This document shows, piece after piece, positions 1-14,322 of a DNA stretch of 64,000 nucleotides (positions are counted from its first letter, which is position 1; each line of letters starts with the position of its first letter). The notes below the pieces were generated by a model. That model was not told the origin of the DNA. It searched no databases and saw only the letters and a list, made by a program, of their open reading frames with translations. Origin of the DNA: Eledone cirrhosa (lineage: Eukaryota); NCBI GenBank assembly GCA_964016885.1, contig OZ024740.1, positions 222,704,001 to 222,768,000 on the forward strand. The letters are read 5' to 3'. Position numbers and translations under genes: made by a program.

Positions 1-2348
1 CATAATGAGCCATAACTCTATGCCATGTAGCATGATGTCTGATGCTCTATCAATACTGCCAATCCACTTCCCTTTTATTTTAGCATAATAAATTCTCAAA
101 ACAATCATATATTCCTCTCTTACTCTACATTCTTAAAATCATTACATGGAATCCAATCCTTTTTCATATCCTTTTTCTTTCCAACAAGCTGAGTTAGCAA
201 AGGAGTCAGAGGAATGATGTTAATTGAAACACTTTAGCAGCATTCTATAATTGGATTTTAGTTTTATATCCCACACCTTTAAGTTTTCATGTTCAAAATA
301 TTTTATCTGATTTTAGTATACATTGGGGTTGGAGAGAAATACTTCACTGAAGAGTTACATATGATAAAAAAACAAACAAAATGCTTGTATTTTACTTACT
401 TGGCAGCATGTGGACAAATTAATATTTTAATCAACTCAATTATCTTAAGTGCAGATTGAAAGAAGAGAAGGAAGAAAATTAAAGACACTTCAGTGTTGGT
501 TAATTAATTATGACACTTTTGTAAAAAAGAAATTAAAATAAAATTAAAAATCAAGAAAATTAATATTTTTAAATAAGCTAGCCAAGAACTTACATTTCTG
601 ACACAGAGTGTATTTAAGAGGCTGATTGATAAATCAAATAATAAATTTCACAATTTTTCTAATCAATCAAAATTATTCAACAACTTCCTACTCTCATTAT
701 ATTTGTCTGCTACAATGCATCTTAATATCGTGTAAGTTATTGAATTTTAATGTTCTCAGAGGAAATGTTTGTCATTTCAGCAATGGTAAATATCTACGCT
801 TCCTCAATTAGCTATCATACTTCACATGATTGGATCATATTTAAACTTCTTCTTGGTGAGTTCAAGACTTGCTAATAATCTCTTTTCAGAATTGAAACCA
901 CAGTATTGTGATTGTGAAACCAACACCTTAACCATTAGGCTGCATGCTTTTATGTTCAAATAGTATACTAATGATTTTATTACTGCTCCATTCTCCTATA
1001 ACTACACCTCATCCCAATGCCCATTATCATTGATTTGACGTATTTTTTCATACTAGCATGGATTGGACAATACATTATAAGATGATTTTCTATGTCCAGA
1101 TGCCCTTCCTGATGCCAAACCATACTTTGTTTTATTAGTATGGTATATATATATCAGTCAGCTTCATCTACAGTTGTGCTGCAGGACATAGCTGCTTTAG
1201 ATGTTCTTGATATGAAGAAGCAAGTAGTAAACAGATGCACACACACTAATACATACATGATGATTACTTCATCTTGTAAAATGATTGCTGTAGAAATATC
1301 ATCTCAATCAATCCAGCTAGTTTGCACCCTCACATGTGCACATAGGTAATTTTTCAATCCAGCAACAATAGGCTAGACCTAGACCTCACCCACAGGTAAT
1401 GACAACACTTTAACATAGGACACATCAGGGCAGATTACTGGGTAAATGTGATCATTACCACATATACTACATCTCCCAAGGTGAATAAACTACAAAAATG
1501 GTAGTATTTCATTGGTGAAAATCTACATGATACCCTAATAGATGCAGCAATGTACCCAATGTCAATATGAGTGAACTAATTCAGAGTTTTGGCCTGCATT
1601 GGCTGGGGAGGTAGAATAACAGGTCAGACATCTGTCTATCATGGATTATAGTGACAAATACTTGAGCATGAGTACCACTCTTTAAGAGGCAATGCATTCA
1701 CAATACTGTCAGATGAGACCCAGAAGCAGAGAGTAAGTTAGTTAGTAGCGGAGGGTACTCGTTTGGATGCCACTTTCACACATGTATTGGATCCCCTTTT
1801 TAACTGTTGTATTTATTTATTTAATAATGCTAACTGACTCTAGAACAGTTCACAGAGTTTCAGCCAGTTTCAGTGATTATTATCTGATGCTGAGCCAAAG
1901 CAAGCCAACCATTAATCATCTAAACAGTAGGTTGCACTTCAGAGTTTCCCTTTATTAGAAGAATGCCATAACAATAGCTCAAGGTCCATCATTCCAGTGA
2001 ACTTATTTCATGCCCTGACACTAACAAGAGACATTTCTGAGATCTCATATACAGATGAGTTGTCATTTTTATGACAAAAGAGATTCATCAACCTTGGTTT
2101 TGAAATCAGAGTGACCATTCTCTGAGACTGTCTGCCATCCAAGACTGATGAGTTCTGTCTACCCAGAGCAACTGGTTTTAATTCACTTTTGGTGCTTCTC
2201 CTTGTCAGTTCCAAATATCACAATGGGAAGGTCATGAGCTGGGCATTGGTTCTTAGAGACTAGTTGAGACACAAACCATTTGGGGCATTTTAATAGAGTA
2301 GTTTCTCAGGCCTTTTCCTCCCTTGCATACATACATATATCTAAGTGA

Positions 2349-2431
<83 letters not shown>

Positions 2432-2524
2432 ATAACCCATGCTAGCATGGAGAAGTGGGCAAAAGGTAAATTTTAAAAAAGTATATACATATATATAGAA
2501 ATATATATATCATATGTATATAAA

Positions 2525-2795
2525 TGTGCAGAGCGCTCACAGTCGATGGAACCTGTGGAAGACTTTGGATGAGGTGTTGAAAGCTAACCTTGCCTAATTG
2601 CGCTTCACAAAGATGATGACACAGGACTGGGATCTCTGGCGTTATGCGGTAATACAGAAAACCCAGCTTCACTTGGGCACAGGCCGAAGATGAAGCATAT
2701 GTATAATATGCATGACAACATATGCATCGTCACCTGACTTAGCATTGCTCACAACAGGATAACTCATTTAACCCATGCCAGCATGGAAATATGGA
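2525..2795 (+). mobile_element. Degenerate RTE LINE 3' fragment (ORF C-terminus plus tail)
   Basis: 'ggaagactttggatgaggtgttgaaagctaacc...gactgggatctctggcgttatgcggtaatacagaaaaccc' resembles the RPRKTW..DL..WRY...KTR end of the RTE ORFs at 23671-23979 and 41116-41644. Confidence 0.55.
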
Positions 2796-2858
2796 CGGGA
2801 ATTGAACTCACAACCTCACGATTGCGAATCCAATCTCTAACTACTCAGCCACGTGCCT

Positions 2859-2904
<46 letters not shown>

Positions 2905-2937
<33 letters not shown>

Positions 2938-3160
2938 TTTGCGTCCACTTTTCCCTGCTTGCAAGGGTGGGACGGGAACTGATTCTGGCTTGATTTCTAC
3001 AGCTGGATGCCTTTCCTAACACCAACCTCATTTACAGTGACTGCTGCGTGATTTTTTGCCGTAGCACCTCCACGACCACTTTGCAGTGGAATGATATGGA
3101 CACCAGTCCCTATCATCTCATTTCTACAGCTGAGTAAACTGGAGCAATGTGAAATAAAGT
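2905..3160 (-). mobile_element. SINE family A (RTE-type tail), partial copy
   Basis: Reverse complement of most of 18329-18679; ends in an (ATG)n tail within a (TA)n tract. Confidence 0.8.
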
Positions 3161-4251
3161 GTATATATATATATACACACACACACAAAGGGATACCTTT
3201 CAGTTTACATCAACTAAATTTGCTCTCAAAGCATTAGTCAACTCTAAAGAAATTAGTCAACCTAAAACTATAACAGAGTTCACTAGCACAAAATACTTTC
3301 TAGTGGGTTGGAACTCAAAACAAGATTGCTCGAAAGGAATTTCTTAAATACACAGACATGGAAAACATCCAACTTCTATTACATTCCTTTATTACATTTA
3401 TATCACCTAAAGCTCAACAAAATAATTTTGAAGAAATATAAACATGAGACATGAATGTACATCTTTTGAGAAGTTTTTGCATAATTTTACAATGGATATA
3501 GGAACTAATAATGTTTGCTAAGCATATTCTCTTATAAATAAAAATAACCAGTTAACTTTATTATAATTTTCAGTGACAACAAGAGACTTTCATATTTAAA
3601 AGTATTAGAATATAAATTTAGTATAAACAAGTGAAAACAGGTGAGGATATCACCTGCAAATTCTAATCAGAGCAACTGAAATATAACCATTTTTTAAGGG
3701 ATATTATAATCATATTAATACAGTTCTCTCTACTGAAGTTATTCATAGACATATTATTAGAAATAGTTCTACACAGAAGAAATGCTGCTATCAATAGGAT
3801 GTTAATAGTTTCTATGAAACTGAAAATTTCCTGACTAATGGATATGAAATACTTAGGAACATTTGCATCCAAAAACACGTTGCACATGCATAACATGTAT
3901 AAAATCACAAATCATTTGAGATGTTCTTTTCGAAAAACTTTTATATTGAAATTTAACAGGAATATTTTTTATTAAAATTGTTTTCAAATGGCATTTAAGG
4001 AAGTCAAAAAGTAAAGTGGTTGTGTTGAAAGCTATCAAAAGAGAATGAAGATATTTTTTCTGAAAGATTAAAAACAACTGTGACAAATTTTATGAAGGAA
4101 TAATTTAAAGCGATTGCATAAAACACACCACCCCCATCCCCACCAACAATAACAACAACATAAACAAAAAATGACGACAAGATGGTTATAGACAGGCCTA
4201 TTTGGTTCCTAGCAAGAGAAGCAACATACAAGACAAGCATTAATAAAGTGT

Positions 4252-4294
4252 ATTTTGCTGATGAGACTTAATAAGACTGAAACATCTCCAAAGT
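4252..4294 (+). ncRNA. Degenerate minimal hammerhead ribozyme motif
   Basis: attttg CTGATGA gacttaataagact GAAA catc TC caaagt. Stem I is attttg/caaagt with one G-U pair; stems II and III are imperfect. Confidence 0.5.
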
Positions 4295-7200
4295 TGTAAC
4301 CAGAATGTCAACTCCCAATGACTTGAGAAATAAACATCATATCTAGTTTAGATTAACACCATTACCTGGTCCTTGTTTTCTTTTAGTAGATGCCTGTCAA
4401 TTGTAATTATTCAGACATGACCTCCAGTTCAGAGATAGTTGCCTCCCACTAGTCTTCCTCTTTCAGCTAAGCCATTAAAAAGGAAATTGCATGTTCTATA
4501 ATCTATTTTTAGTACATTTTATTTATAAATATATAATCAATTAGATTCATGAGAATTAAAGTAAGTTAAGAATTTTAATATATTTTAGATGCTTCAACAC
4601 AGGCTATTGGCTATGAAAAATAATTGAATGAGTTGAGCATATATAGCCATTGAGACAAAATTAAATTGACCAAAATCCAGTGGGATTCAAGCATGTAACT
4701 ATCAGATACCAAATAGCTGCACTACTCTTACACCAAATGATGTACTGGAAACTTACATAGAGAAATTGTCTAAATATAAAGATCTGTAGATAGAAATAAC
4801 CAGAATGTAGATGACAAATTCAGGAACAAGGCCTACAACAATAGATGCTCTAGGAATGATATAAAATCACAGACAGACAGATACATAACCAAACGCAGGA
4901 CTTACAAACATATACATTATACAGAAAATACATTACTAGGCACTGCACATATACAGTAGAAGTAACAACCCTCAAAACATCGCTGCACCTACCTAAGGCA
5001 CACAAAGCTGTGTTCAGTAACGCAGTGATGTCACAATAAAAAAGTAATATTATTAATAATAATATAAGTGTACTATAAAAAAGCCATATGTAAGTATAGC
5101 TGTATATATAAATAAATATGTTTAATTTAGTTTAGTTTAATACCCAATTAATACCAATATTGACATTTATTTTTCTAAAGTATTTTATCTTCAAAACAAG
5201 GTGCATTTCGTACACCTGTGCAAATTTTGTCGTTGTCTCCCCTGCTTTTCACATGACACTAATCACTCTTTTTTTCCCACCAGTTATAATTGATACTTGA
5301 CCTATTACATTAAGTATATTAGTACGGACCTAACCATATTTTATATAGTTAGGCTTGAACATAAACATAACTCATAATTTGCTTGAGTTAAAATAACCTT
5401 TGAAATCACATACTTTGAACTTACTGGCATGGTACTCTGGTCCTGATTATATTTGGCTAGTTAGATTTTGCCAGCCTAGTACTCCATTCAACCACACACT
5501 TCTGTTTACTACTGTTATTTACATGACTTTCTGCACAAATCAGTAAATATTTTACATCCTTGCTTTATCCTGGTTGTTTTGGCAAGGCATTTTCATGATT
5601 TTTATCGTAGTTTGTATATTTATTATATTTTTTTGTCCATGTTTAATTACTGAATATCCTTCCTTTTAAAGCAATCTTTAGTTGACAACCAGAGTTGGGG
5701 TTAACACACATGGCAAAGGGTCAAACCTCAAAGCGTTAAATGGCAATATAAAAGAGAATTAATGAAATTTAAAGCTCATGAATATGCAGGTTTAGCTAGC
5801 CTCCAAAAAATTTGCATCTCATAGGAGGTTTCTCAGCTGTTTTAATGGGCTCTATTCTTATAATAAAAAGCAATGGGAAATAAAACATCTCACTCAAGAA
5901 CACAAAATGCCACATGGCAGAGAAACCAATCTCATGACCTTATGATCTTGAGTCCAGCACTGTAACTATTAGGCCATACTTTCACAACTTGTATTACATA
6001 AAGATGTAGTGGTACTGTTTAGTTACTGAATTTGTAAATATGATTGATGGTAAGAGGGTTTTGTATGAAGTATAGAAAATAGTGATTTGTTTGAAGGCTG
6101 TTAAATGATAGTGCTAGTACTATGATAACATTTACATACAACACTGTGAGGTGGTAGTGCTCTCGTCCTTTTAAAATTTATTCAGAAGACATTTAAAGTA
6201 ATAGTGCCGGCTCCATGATAACATGCAGCCAGTATACTCTTTTAGGTGTTAGTAGTAGTACTAAAATAAATTGCAGCCATTACAAACTGTAAAGTGGTTG
6301 TTATTATGAAGAGTAGCCAGCCATAGAAACCATGAAAAAATGCAATATATGAACAAAATGGGGTCCTTTCCGATTTCTCTAATTTCCAATTCATGCCAAA
6401 ATGGGAAACATATGTGAAATGATGATAATGATGATGGTCTTCTACACAGTTTCTGTCAACTAACGTCCAGATATAGGTCCTATTGAGACTATGGTAGAAG
6501 TCATCCAAAATTATATGGTGTGGCTTTCAACTCAGGACTATTATGGTGGCAAAACAAAATGTTTAACATTGCCATACATACACTATTCATTGATGTGTAG
6601 CAATGGTTCTCAAAGTGGTACAGAGGATGCTGGAGCCTAAGTGTTTGTGTGTGTATAGGGGGGGGGGTAGAGATGGTATACTAGTATATTAAATATCAAA
6701 TGATACATATTATATATATATATATAGTAAAATAAAAAAATATACAATATTTATTTACACATAGTACATATGTTATTTATTATATATAAATTAACGATTT
6801 TATTTATTATATACATTTTCTATGTAGACAGATCTCTCTGGAAATAGGGGTGGGGTGCATTGAGGGTATTACATGGCCATATTTTAATTGATAACTGTAA
6901 TATTAATGCCAGTGTCTAGTTGTCTTTCATCCTTTCAGGATTGATAAAGCAAGTACAATCAGCCCAGTGCTGGTGTCGATTTCTCTCCTTTCAGCTTTCA
7001 CAGACAAGATGTCTTACTGGATCAACGACGGGGAATGAAGAGGGTGTCTGTGACTGCTTGCAGGTTCATGGGCGTCTAATACTCTTAGTGAATGTATGCA
7101 AATCAAACTCAATTACAAATAATGGCTGTAATCATCATCATCATCCCCAAAATTTAACAATCATTTTTCCTGCTAGCATGGTTTGGATGAGTTATCAGAG

Positions 7201-9284
7201 ACAAAGTCAATATTTAATCAGAGCTACTGATCTCTCAGATGCAGTAGGGCTGCATTTACATTCACATGTTACAGAGTGTACTGTGTTTGTCATACCTTTA
7301 CATTACTCATGACATTGTGTTTCACAGGTTTTTTATGGTTAAGTACCCTACATATCACCAACCACTTTTCAGAGTGTACTAAGGGCGTTTATCATGGTAT
7401 CAGCACTAGGAATGTTGTTAGGTTCTTGAGACAACTGAAGAATCCTCTCAAATCTTTGTTTGGCAAGTTTTCTATAAAGGGATGCCCTTCCTATCATGAA
7501 CTACTTTACAGAATGTACTGGGTCTGTTTATTATGACACCCTGTGTCTTTGATAATAATAATGATGAACCAAGGCAAATATTTCTTAGATAAAGTCATAG
7601 CATATCCAACTGTATATCATTAACAACTCCTGAATATAAACATTTTATTTCACATTTGTAATCAATCTGGCTGTTACAATTGACACTAATACTGCCAAAT
7701 CATCATCAAAATCATTTTACCATCCATTTTAATTATATGTAAGCAGATTAATAGATATAGATTCTGATTTACTGCTGTACATGTTTATGAAATATTCGTT
7801 ATTTAAACAGCTGTGGCAGATTAAGAAACTAAGATAAGTTTCATTCCTGCATAAAATTATACAAAAACTTTCCTCTCACTGATAATACAAATATTGTAAA
7901 ATACACTAGAAAAATATACATCAGATTTTTAATCTGGTGAACAAACCTGAGGGGAAGAAATAAAAGAAGGGAAAAAGAAAGAAAAGGAAACCATGAATGA
8001 AAAGAAGAAAGAAAGAAAATATTTCCATTTTGGTTTAATGATTAAGTTTGTTAAAAATGTATCAGTAGATAAACAAAATACAAATGAAATATATCAGACA
8101 TATATGTTTAAGTGTGGGGATCTAAAGTGCTAGAGCAGGGAGATGGGTTGGTGGAACTGTTATAATGTCAGACAAGATATGTTGCTATACTTGTTCCAGA
8201 TCTTTGTGTTCTGAGTTCAAAACTTACTGTAGTATTAGTCTGTCATCTGGTTGAATACAACAACCTGACACAAGTGTCAGGTTCCGCTAGAGGTACATTT
8301 AGTGGAACCTAATCTGTTGCAAGCATTCTGACCAAGATGCTGATTTGAAGATAACTTCCTCCTTTTTTCCCAACAGTTACTGAGATTGAGAAAAGGAGGC
8401 TCTGAGCATTGCCTTTCACTCCAGGATTAAACAGTAAAAAGTTAACAGTACTTCAAAGTGTTATGAATTGTGACACCAACAATAACCAGGGATGTAGCAA
8501 TTAACCAGAAAATAATTAGTATCAGCCATTTGGTTAATTAATTAGTATTGTTTTTTTTTTTTTCTTTTTTTTTGATGATTAATCAGATTTGATAATTGGC
8601 TATTATATTTTTGAAATAAGAAAACCATGAATGAGAGAAAAATTTAGGAAACACATTGGATTCAATTTGTAGAAATACATAAGAAATATATTATTTCCTA
8701 TTACACACAATTGAAACCCACTAGTTTAATATATAACTCTACTCTGTTTTTATTGTTTGAATATGCTGATCAGAAAATTACTTAGGACTCCCTACAGGGC
8801 ATATCTCCCTGTAGGTTAAACATTGCCAAAGTAGAAGAGAAACCCTCCTATCCATCTGAGAAGGTATGTGTTTAATTGATCCTTTAAAAAGGAATCAATT
8901 TTAAAATCATAGAAATACCGATTATATGTTTATTTTAAAAAAAACGAAAATTTAGTGGTCAAATTTAAGCACTCATAATGTAAAATTATAAAAAGTCTTC
9001 CATTTTCAAAACACACTTGATTTTTTGTCAGTTCATATATATTACTTCCTAATGTAAAATCAGCCAAATTTTGTCATTACTTGCAAATAGTAGCTCCTCA
9101 ATTGTCATTAATTATAAAATATAATATATTACTTACAATTAATTGTCTTCCATTTATCAAAATATATAATTACATTATAAATAATTGGTCGCCGATTAAT
9201 TGGTATCTGGTGAAAAAGCAAGGCTGATTAATCAATAATTTGCATATTGGTGCATTCTTAACAACAACAAAGACTATAAAAATA

Positions 9285-9368
9285 ATGATGAGGATGATGA
9301 TGGTGGTGGTGGTGATAATAACGATGACAATGATGATTATGGTGGTGGTGATGATGATGATGATGATA
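9285..9368. repeat. (ATG)/(GTG) trinucleotide microsatellite
   Basis: Directly visible repeat; it explains the poly-M/V/I pseudo-ORFs here. Confidence 0.9.
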
Positions 9369-10699
9369 ACAAAATGCAATAGAGAAATGATAAGGTATAT
9401 CCTGCATTGTTCTGAATTGGTGATATTCTCATGGTTTATGTATATGGCAGAAGTAGCAAATACTGATTTGGCTGAATAAATATATAGTACTTCTTAATAT
9501 AGAGAGTTTTGGTCAAGATTCTGGTTGTAATATTATGAATTGAGGTTTGTACTGGGAAGCTTAATTGAATTTAGTTTGAAAATGGAAAGCATTTCCTCTG
9601 TAATTTTGACCATCTGGTCCAAAATGATAGCTCAATAGATTGCAATCATCTTAGAGTGAAAGGAAATTTAGTTTTGCCTTAACTCGTCGCAAAGACCTGC
9701 TGATATTATCAAAAAATCAGCAGGTGATCGCTCCATTTAGAGGCTACAAACATGAATTGGATAATTGTTTAAAGTTAGCAAGATAACCCATACGTCAGAT
9801 GGTATTGATTATATAATGGAATGTTTCAGTAGCACATGCTGCTACATATATTTATTTATTTAATCAATTTAAACGTCTGTACATAGTTAGTAAGCCATGA
9901 CAAATTTGGGGAAGTGTCTAGAGCATCTTATGGTTGAGAAACAAAAACAAAATAGAGAGGTAACAAAAGGGGAAGGTTAATGGGAGGTAAAAGAAGCATA
10001 ACAAAGGAAGATAAAGAAATAATGAAAAACAAGGGCAGCTGTAAAGCAGTTAAATGTTGCTGTGGAATCCTTTTGTAACATCAGTGTGCTCAAAAATCTT
10101 GTTTATAGTTGGTAGATTTTTGACATAGTATCTCCAATTTTGATTGTTTCCTTCTAATGATCAGCTTCAAAATGTTTACTTTCCTATACTGAGAGTTTCT
10201 ATATCGGAACAAATAGTGCTATAGAGTTTATGGGAAGTTGCCACAACAACATAGAGGTGATTCTTTGTGGCCTGTTTGTGATAAAATATTGTACAACGAT
10301 ATATAGCCTGTTTGTGATGAAATATTGTACAACAATATATGGCCTCTTTGAAACCAACATAGTCTTTTTGATCAACATTGCTCAGGGACTGATATGTTTT
10401 AAATATTTACAGAAAGTGAGAAAGTGAAGGATAAAACTTTGAGAGCTTATTTTTAGATTCTTCTAAAAATTCTTCCCACACATGCTAAAAAGCATGGTGT
10501 CTGATGATCTACCGATCCTACTGTCAATTTACCACCCTGAATAATAATGATAATTATAATAATAATGGTTTCTGATTTAGGCACAAGGCCAACAATTTTG
10601 TGGACAAAATTTTGGGAAAGTTGTGTAGATCACCCCAAGTGTATTGCTGGTGCTTTACTTTATAACAACAGCAATAGATTTGGGATATAATATATATCT

Positions 10700-11945
10700 A
10701 TTAGTTTTATTTGTGCTCCCTCCTTTGCTAATTTATCCTCTTTCCTATCTCACTTAATATTGTTATGGCCTGGTATCCAAATCATTGGAGAGATGTTAAA
10801 AAATACCTGGCTTCTTTTTCTTGGTTGAGACAATTCTAGGTTCAATAAACTATTGGTAAATACAAAACCATGGCACTTCTTTTGCTGAGTCTACGTATAA
10901 TCCTGGTATGATCTGATGCCCATATTTCTACTATTATTTTTCAATGATCAAGTAGCTCCACATTCAACTCCCATGTCTGGGTGTGCTCCATCTCTGTAAC
11001 TGACCCAATTGTTAAAACAGATTGACTGTGATAATTTTATGGAATTTTGAATGTGATAATTTTATGGAATTTATTTGCTTCTTCTTTTGAGTTTTAATCA
11101 TTATTTTAAACGAATTTAATTGTTCCACCCATGGATGAAGCCAAATATCATGCTGTATTCTTTTGCATTTAAACTGAGTAATTATCAATTTATGTTTCCT
11201 AGATTCTTCTATCAACAAGTGAGTTAACTCTATTTATGAAAAATAGCTATCTTGTGAGTAGACCCAATATAGTTTTTCCAATTTGAGTATGAAATCTATA
11301 GATGGCTTAGTGATAGTTAGTGCTTGTGTCCTCCACAAATGCATCTGTCATTACAATCTCAAATGTTTATATGTATAGCAGTGGAATGCTTTTTAAATAA
11401 TTTTAATTACATGCCATGTTGTAGATATTTTTGGGGGGATTCTCGCTTGAGATGAACTTCTCCATTTCAAATGAGTTTGTAACTAAATATCTAGGATCTT
11501 TATGGATGTTTGCAGTATTAATAGTTGGTTCCTTGAGTATATTTTATTGCATTGATAATTGATAGGTTCAGGATTATGAAAGCGAATCAATTTTGTTTTT
11601 GAAGAATTAAATTGTTGATAATTTTTGTTTGCCCATTTAGTTAATAGAGCTGTGCAAAATTTTGTTTTGTTGTTGATGATACGAGATGAAGTATATAAGT
11701 TGATATCATCTGCAATACCTGATACTTCTACAATTCTATTTAGTGTTGTAAATAGATCTGATGTGTAATATAGGCAGAGATTGGGTAAGATTGAAGAACC
11801 CTGCGGAAGACCCTCTGGAGAGGGGATAATTTTGCTTATCTTATTTCCAAGAAACAGTTTTGTACTACAATTAGCTATAAAGTTCTTTCTCCCATCAGAC
11901 GTTACAGTTTCACATAATTCTGGGCAGGACTGTGTTTTATCATGA
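10700..11945 (-). pseudogene. Old non-LTR retrotransposon reverse transcriptase remnant
   Basis: Manual translation of minus strand 11818-11690 gives PEGLPQGSSILPNLCLYYTSDLFTTLNRIVEVSGIADDINLY, containing the RT motifs G.PQGS and (Y/F)ADD. Not in the ORF track; outer boundaries approximate. Confidence 0.8.
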
Positions 11946-12455
11946 TGGAATATTCAGTACTAAATCTAAGACTTCCAAGGAAATAGATTTATAGACATAT
12001 AATATTAACAGAACAAAAAACATACATGTAACATTAACAGGGTCACAGCTAAACCTGAGTGAACAACAGAATCATTGGAACAATTATAAATCACAAATAG
12101 AAAAATGAAAATATACAATGAATAATTACCTTCATACCAGTGGTTAAACTATAACCAACACAAAAACATGGCATATGTTAAAATCTCCCATTTGTAATAT
12201 AGTGAGTTGAACAATTCTATTAACTGAGATTATTTGTGTAATTTTTAGAAAAGGATTTCCCCCTAGCAAATGTTTCAAATCTGAAAAACAATAGTCAAGG
12301 GAAATGACTTTAATAATATCAGCAAATAAAACTTTTGGGAAAATAAAGATGACATAGTATCTTGTCTTGAAAGATAACTGGAGAGCAACAAAATAAAAAA
12401 GAAAAAACATGAAATAACCAACAGTTGAAACAATAAATCAAGGGAAATAACTAAT

Positions 12456-12632
12456 AATTGTTTCTACATTTGGCACAAGGCTAGCAATTACCCAGTTCAT
12501 TACTGGTACTTTATTTTATCGACCCCGTAAGGATGAAAGGTAAAGTTAACCTCAATGGGATTTGAACTCAGACCATAAAGGGACATAACTATGCTGGAAA
12601 GCATGGCGTCTGACCCTCTACTGATACTGCCT
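12456..12632 (-). mobile_element. SINE family B copy
   Basis: Reverse complement of the 13158-13358 and 24568-24755 family, including gagttcaaatccc and gcctttcatccttacggggtcgataaaat. Confidence 0.8.
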
Positions 12633-12826
12633 CAGCCAAACAACATTTTTGGAAATGTTAGAAAAAAATAGACGTTTTAATAAAACTAGGTATCCTCATC
12701 AAAATATATTTTATTCAGCTGTCTGGACAGAGTAGTAATGAAGTAACAAGTATATATATATATGTCCCAAGGCTCTGATACCATCAACACTATAAACACA
12801 GAGCTGGCATATCTAAGAACTGACTA

Positions 12827-12882
12827 ACTGCCTGATGAGGTCATAGCCATTCAATGGCTATCATCGAAATATATATAGCAGT
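12827..12882 (+). ncRNA. Type I minimal hammerhead ribozyme
   Basis: actgc CTGATGA ggtc-atagccat-tca-atggctat-catc GAAA tatata TA gcagt. Perfect 5-bp stem I, 8-bp stem II core, palindromic stem III and a UA cleavage site. Confidence 0.85.
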
Positions 12883-12923
12883 AAATAAAGGATTATGAGT
12901 TCATGCAATTGACTTATGTTTCG

Positions 12924-12976
<53 letters not shown>

Positions 12977-13157
12977 CCTTCTGTGAATAAGTCTCTCATC
13001 TAATGGCTTATTCATAGCAGGCAGTTTTATCTCCAGTCTCTAATATAGTTACACTCTACTATCCCAAGTATTGAGTACACTGCTGAATAATGGTCTTGCT
13101 AGTTTAAAACTGATATAATCCTGATCTATATCTATCTATCTATCTATATATATATAA

Positions 13158-13358
13158 GGCGGTGGATATACAGGGGCGGTGGATTGGCAGTATCGGTAGA
13201 GGGTCAAACGCTATGCTTTGACGTATAGAGTTACGGCCCTTGCCATTCTGAGTTCAAATCCCGCCGCGGTTAACTTTGCCTTTCATCCTTACGGGGTCGA
13301 TAAAATAAGTACCAGTAATGCTCTGGGTAATTGGTGGCCTTGTGCCAAACGTAGAAAC
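13158..13358 (+). mobile_element. tRNA-derived SINE family B, full length
   Basis: Head ggcggtggattggcag with B-box GAGTTCAAATC. The central gcctttcatccttacggggtcgataaaataagtaccag resembles the Meta-type conserved SINE domain. 3' end ggccttgtgcc..gtagaaac; many copies in the window. Confidence 0.85.
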
Positions 13359-13381
13359 TATATATATATATATGTTGCTCT

Positions 13382-13428
13382 GAGTAGGTGTGTATCACAA
13401 TCTAACTGGCTAGACATAACAGTAATGA

Positions 13429-13462
<34 letters not shown>

Positions 13463-13524
13463 TCATTACTGTTATGTCTAGCCAGTTAGAAAGATAACTA
13501 GAATATTGTGATACACACCTACTC
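13382..13524. repeat. Foldback inverted repeat with (TA)n centre
   Basis: 13382-13430 is the reverse complement of 13461-13524, apart from a 15-nt extra segment in the right arm. Confidence 0.9.
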
Positions 13525-14069
13525 TAATCAACAAGCACACACACAAATACATATATAAATAAAATAATTTATCAAAATACTATATCTACTTAAAGTAAAA
13601 GACACAATGACTAAACAATAACAATACAGATATAAATAAATTTTCTTAACATGATTTATATTTAGAAATAGAGGATATATATTTGCTTTCCAAGAATAAC
13701 ATAAGCTTAGTGGCATATTTTAATGTGTCAATTGTCATAGACAGTCAAAATACTTGTGAAAGAGGCATTAAAATCACTTGGGAATTAATAACCAAAAAGC
13801 CCTGTGAGCATATGTATTTTTGGATAACACAGTCTTATGAAAAGATGTAGTATGAATCATAAAACTGTATAAGGTGTGAAGCAGCTACAGAAATATTACC
13901 ACACAAACATGTCCAAGTCATTAGAAGAGTTTTACATTAGCCTTCTTAAACAATCTCATGAGTGGTTTCCTTGAATATGAGATTTATTGCTACGATGTTA
14001 ATGTATAATTTATTGTTATTTAATTCACAAATGCTAATAAAACTGACCATAGAAGAAATAAGATGTAAT

Positions 14070-14322
14070 ATGCAAGAGAGAAGATGGTGCTGGTATGGCC
14101 ACATGATGTGTATGGATGATGATCATTAAGCAAAGCAGTGTGATGACTTCCATGCAGATAGAAGCTGCAGAAGAAGAAGACCAAGGAAAACTTGAGCAGA
14201 TGAGGTGAGAACTGATCTCAGAATACTGAACCTCGCAGAGATGACAATGAAATGCAAAAAGTTAAGGAAAGCTGTAGTGGAGAATATCCATCCAACCCAT
14301 GTAAACATGTAAAACTGAACAT
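14070..14322 (+). mobile_element. Degenerate RTE LINE 3' fragment
   Basis: Decayed RLRWYGH...GRPRKTW...DL coding similarity and a 'caacccatgtaaacatg' tail. Confidence 0.6.

Noticed and set aside
2048-2180. Two possible decayed hammerheads (cagatga-ttgtcat/atgacaa; ctgatga-gttctg/cagagc)
   Set aside because: Both lack GAAA and recognisable stems I and III; too degenerate to call.
6920-7312. 130-aa ORF
   Set aside because: Begins in a decayed SINE domain and runs into an RTE tail; no protein motif.
8790-8869. 9-bp hairpin (cctacaggg/ccctgtagg) and possible micro-exon 8815-8863 (ag...AAG|gtatgt)
   Set aside because: No partner exons or recognisable peptide; could be chance. RNA-seq would be needed.
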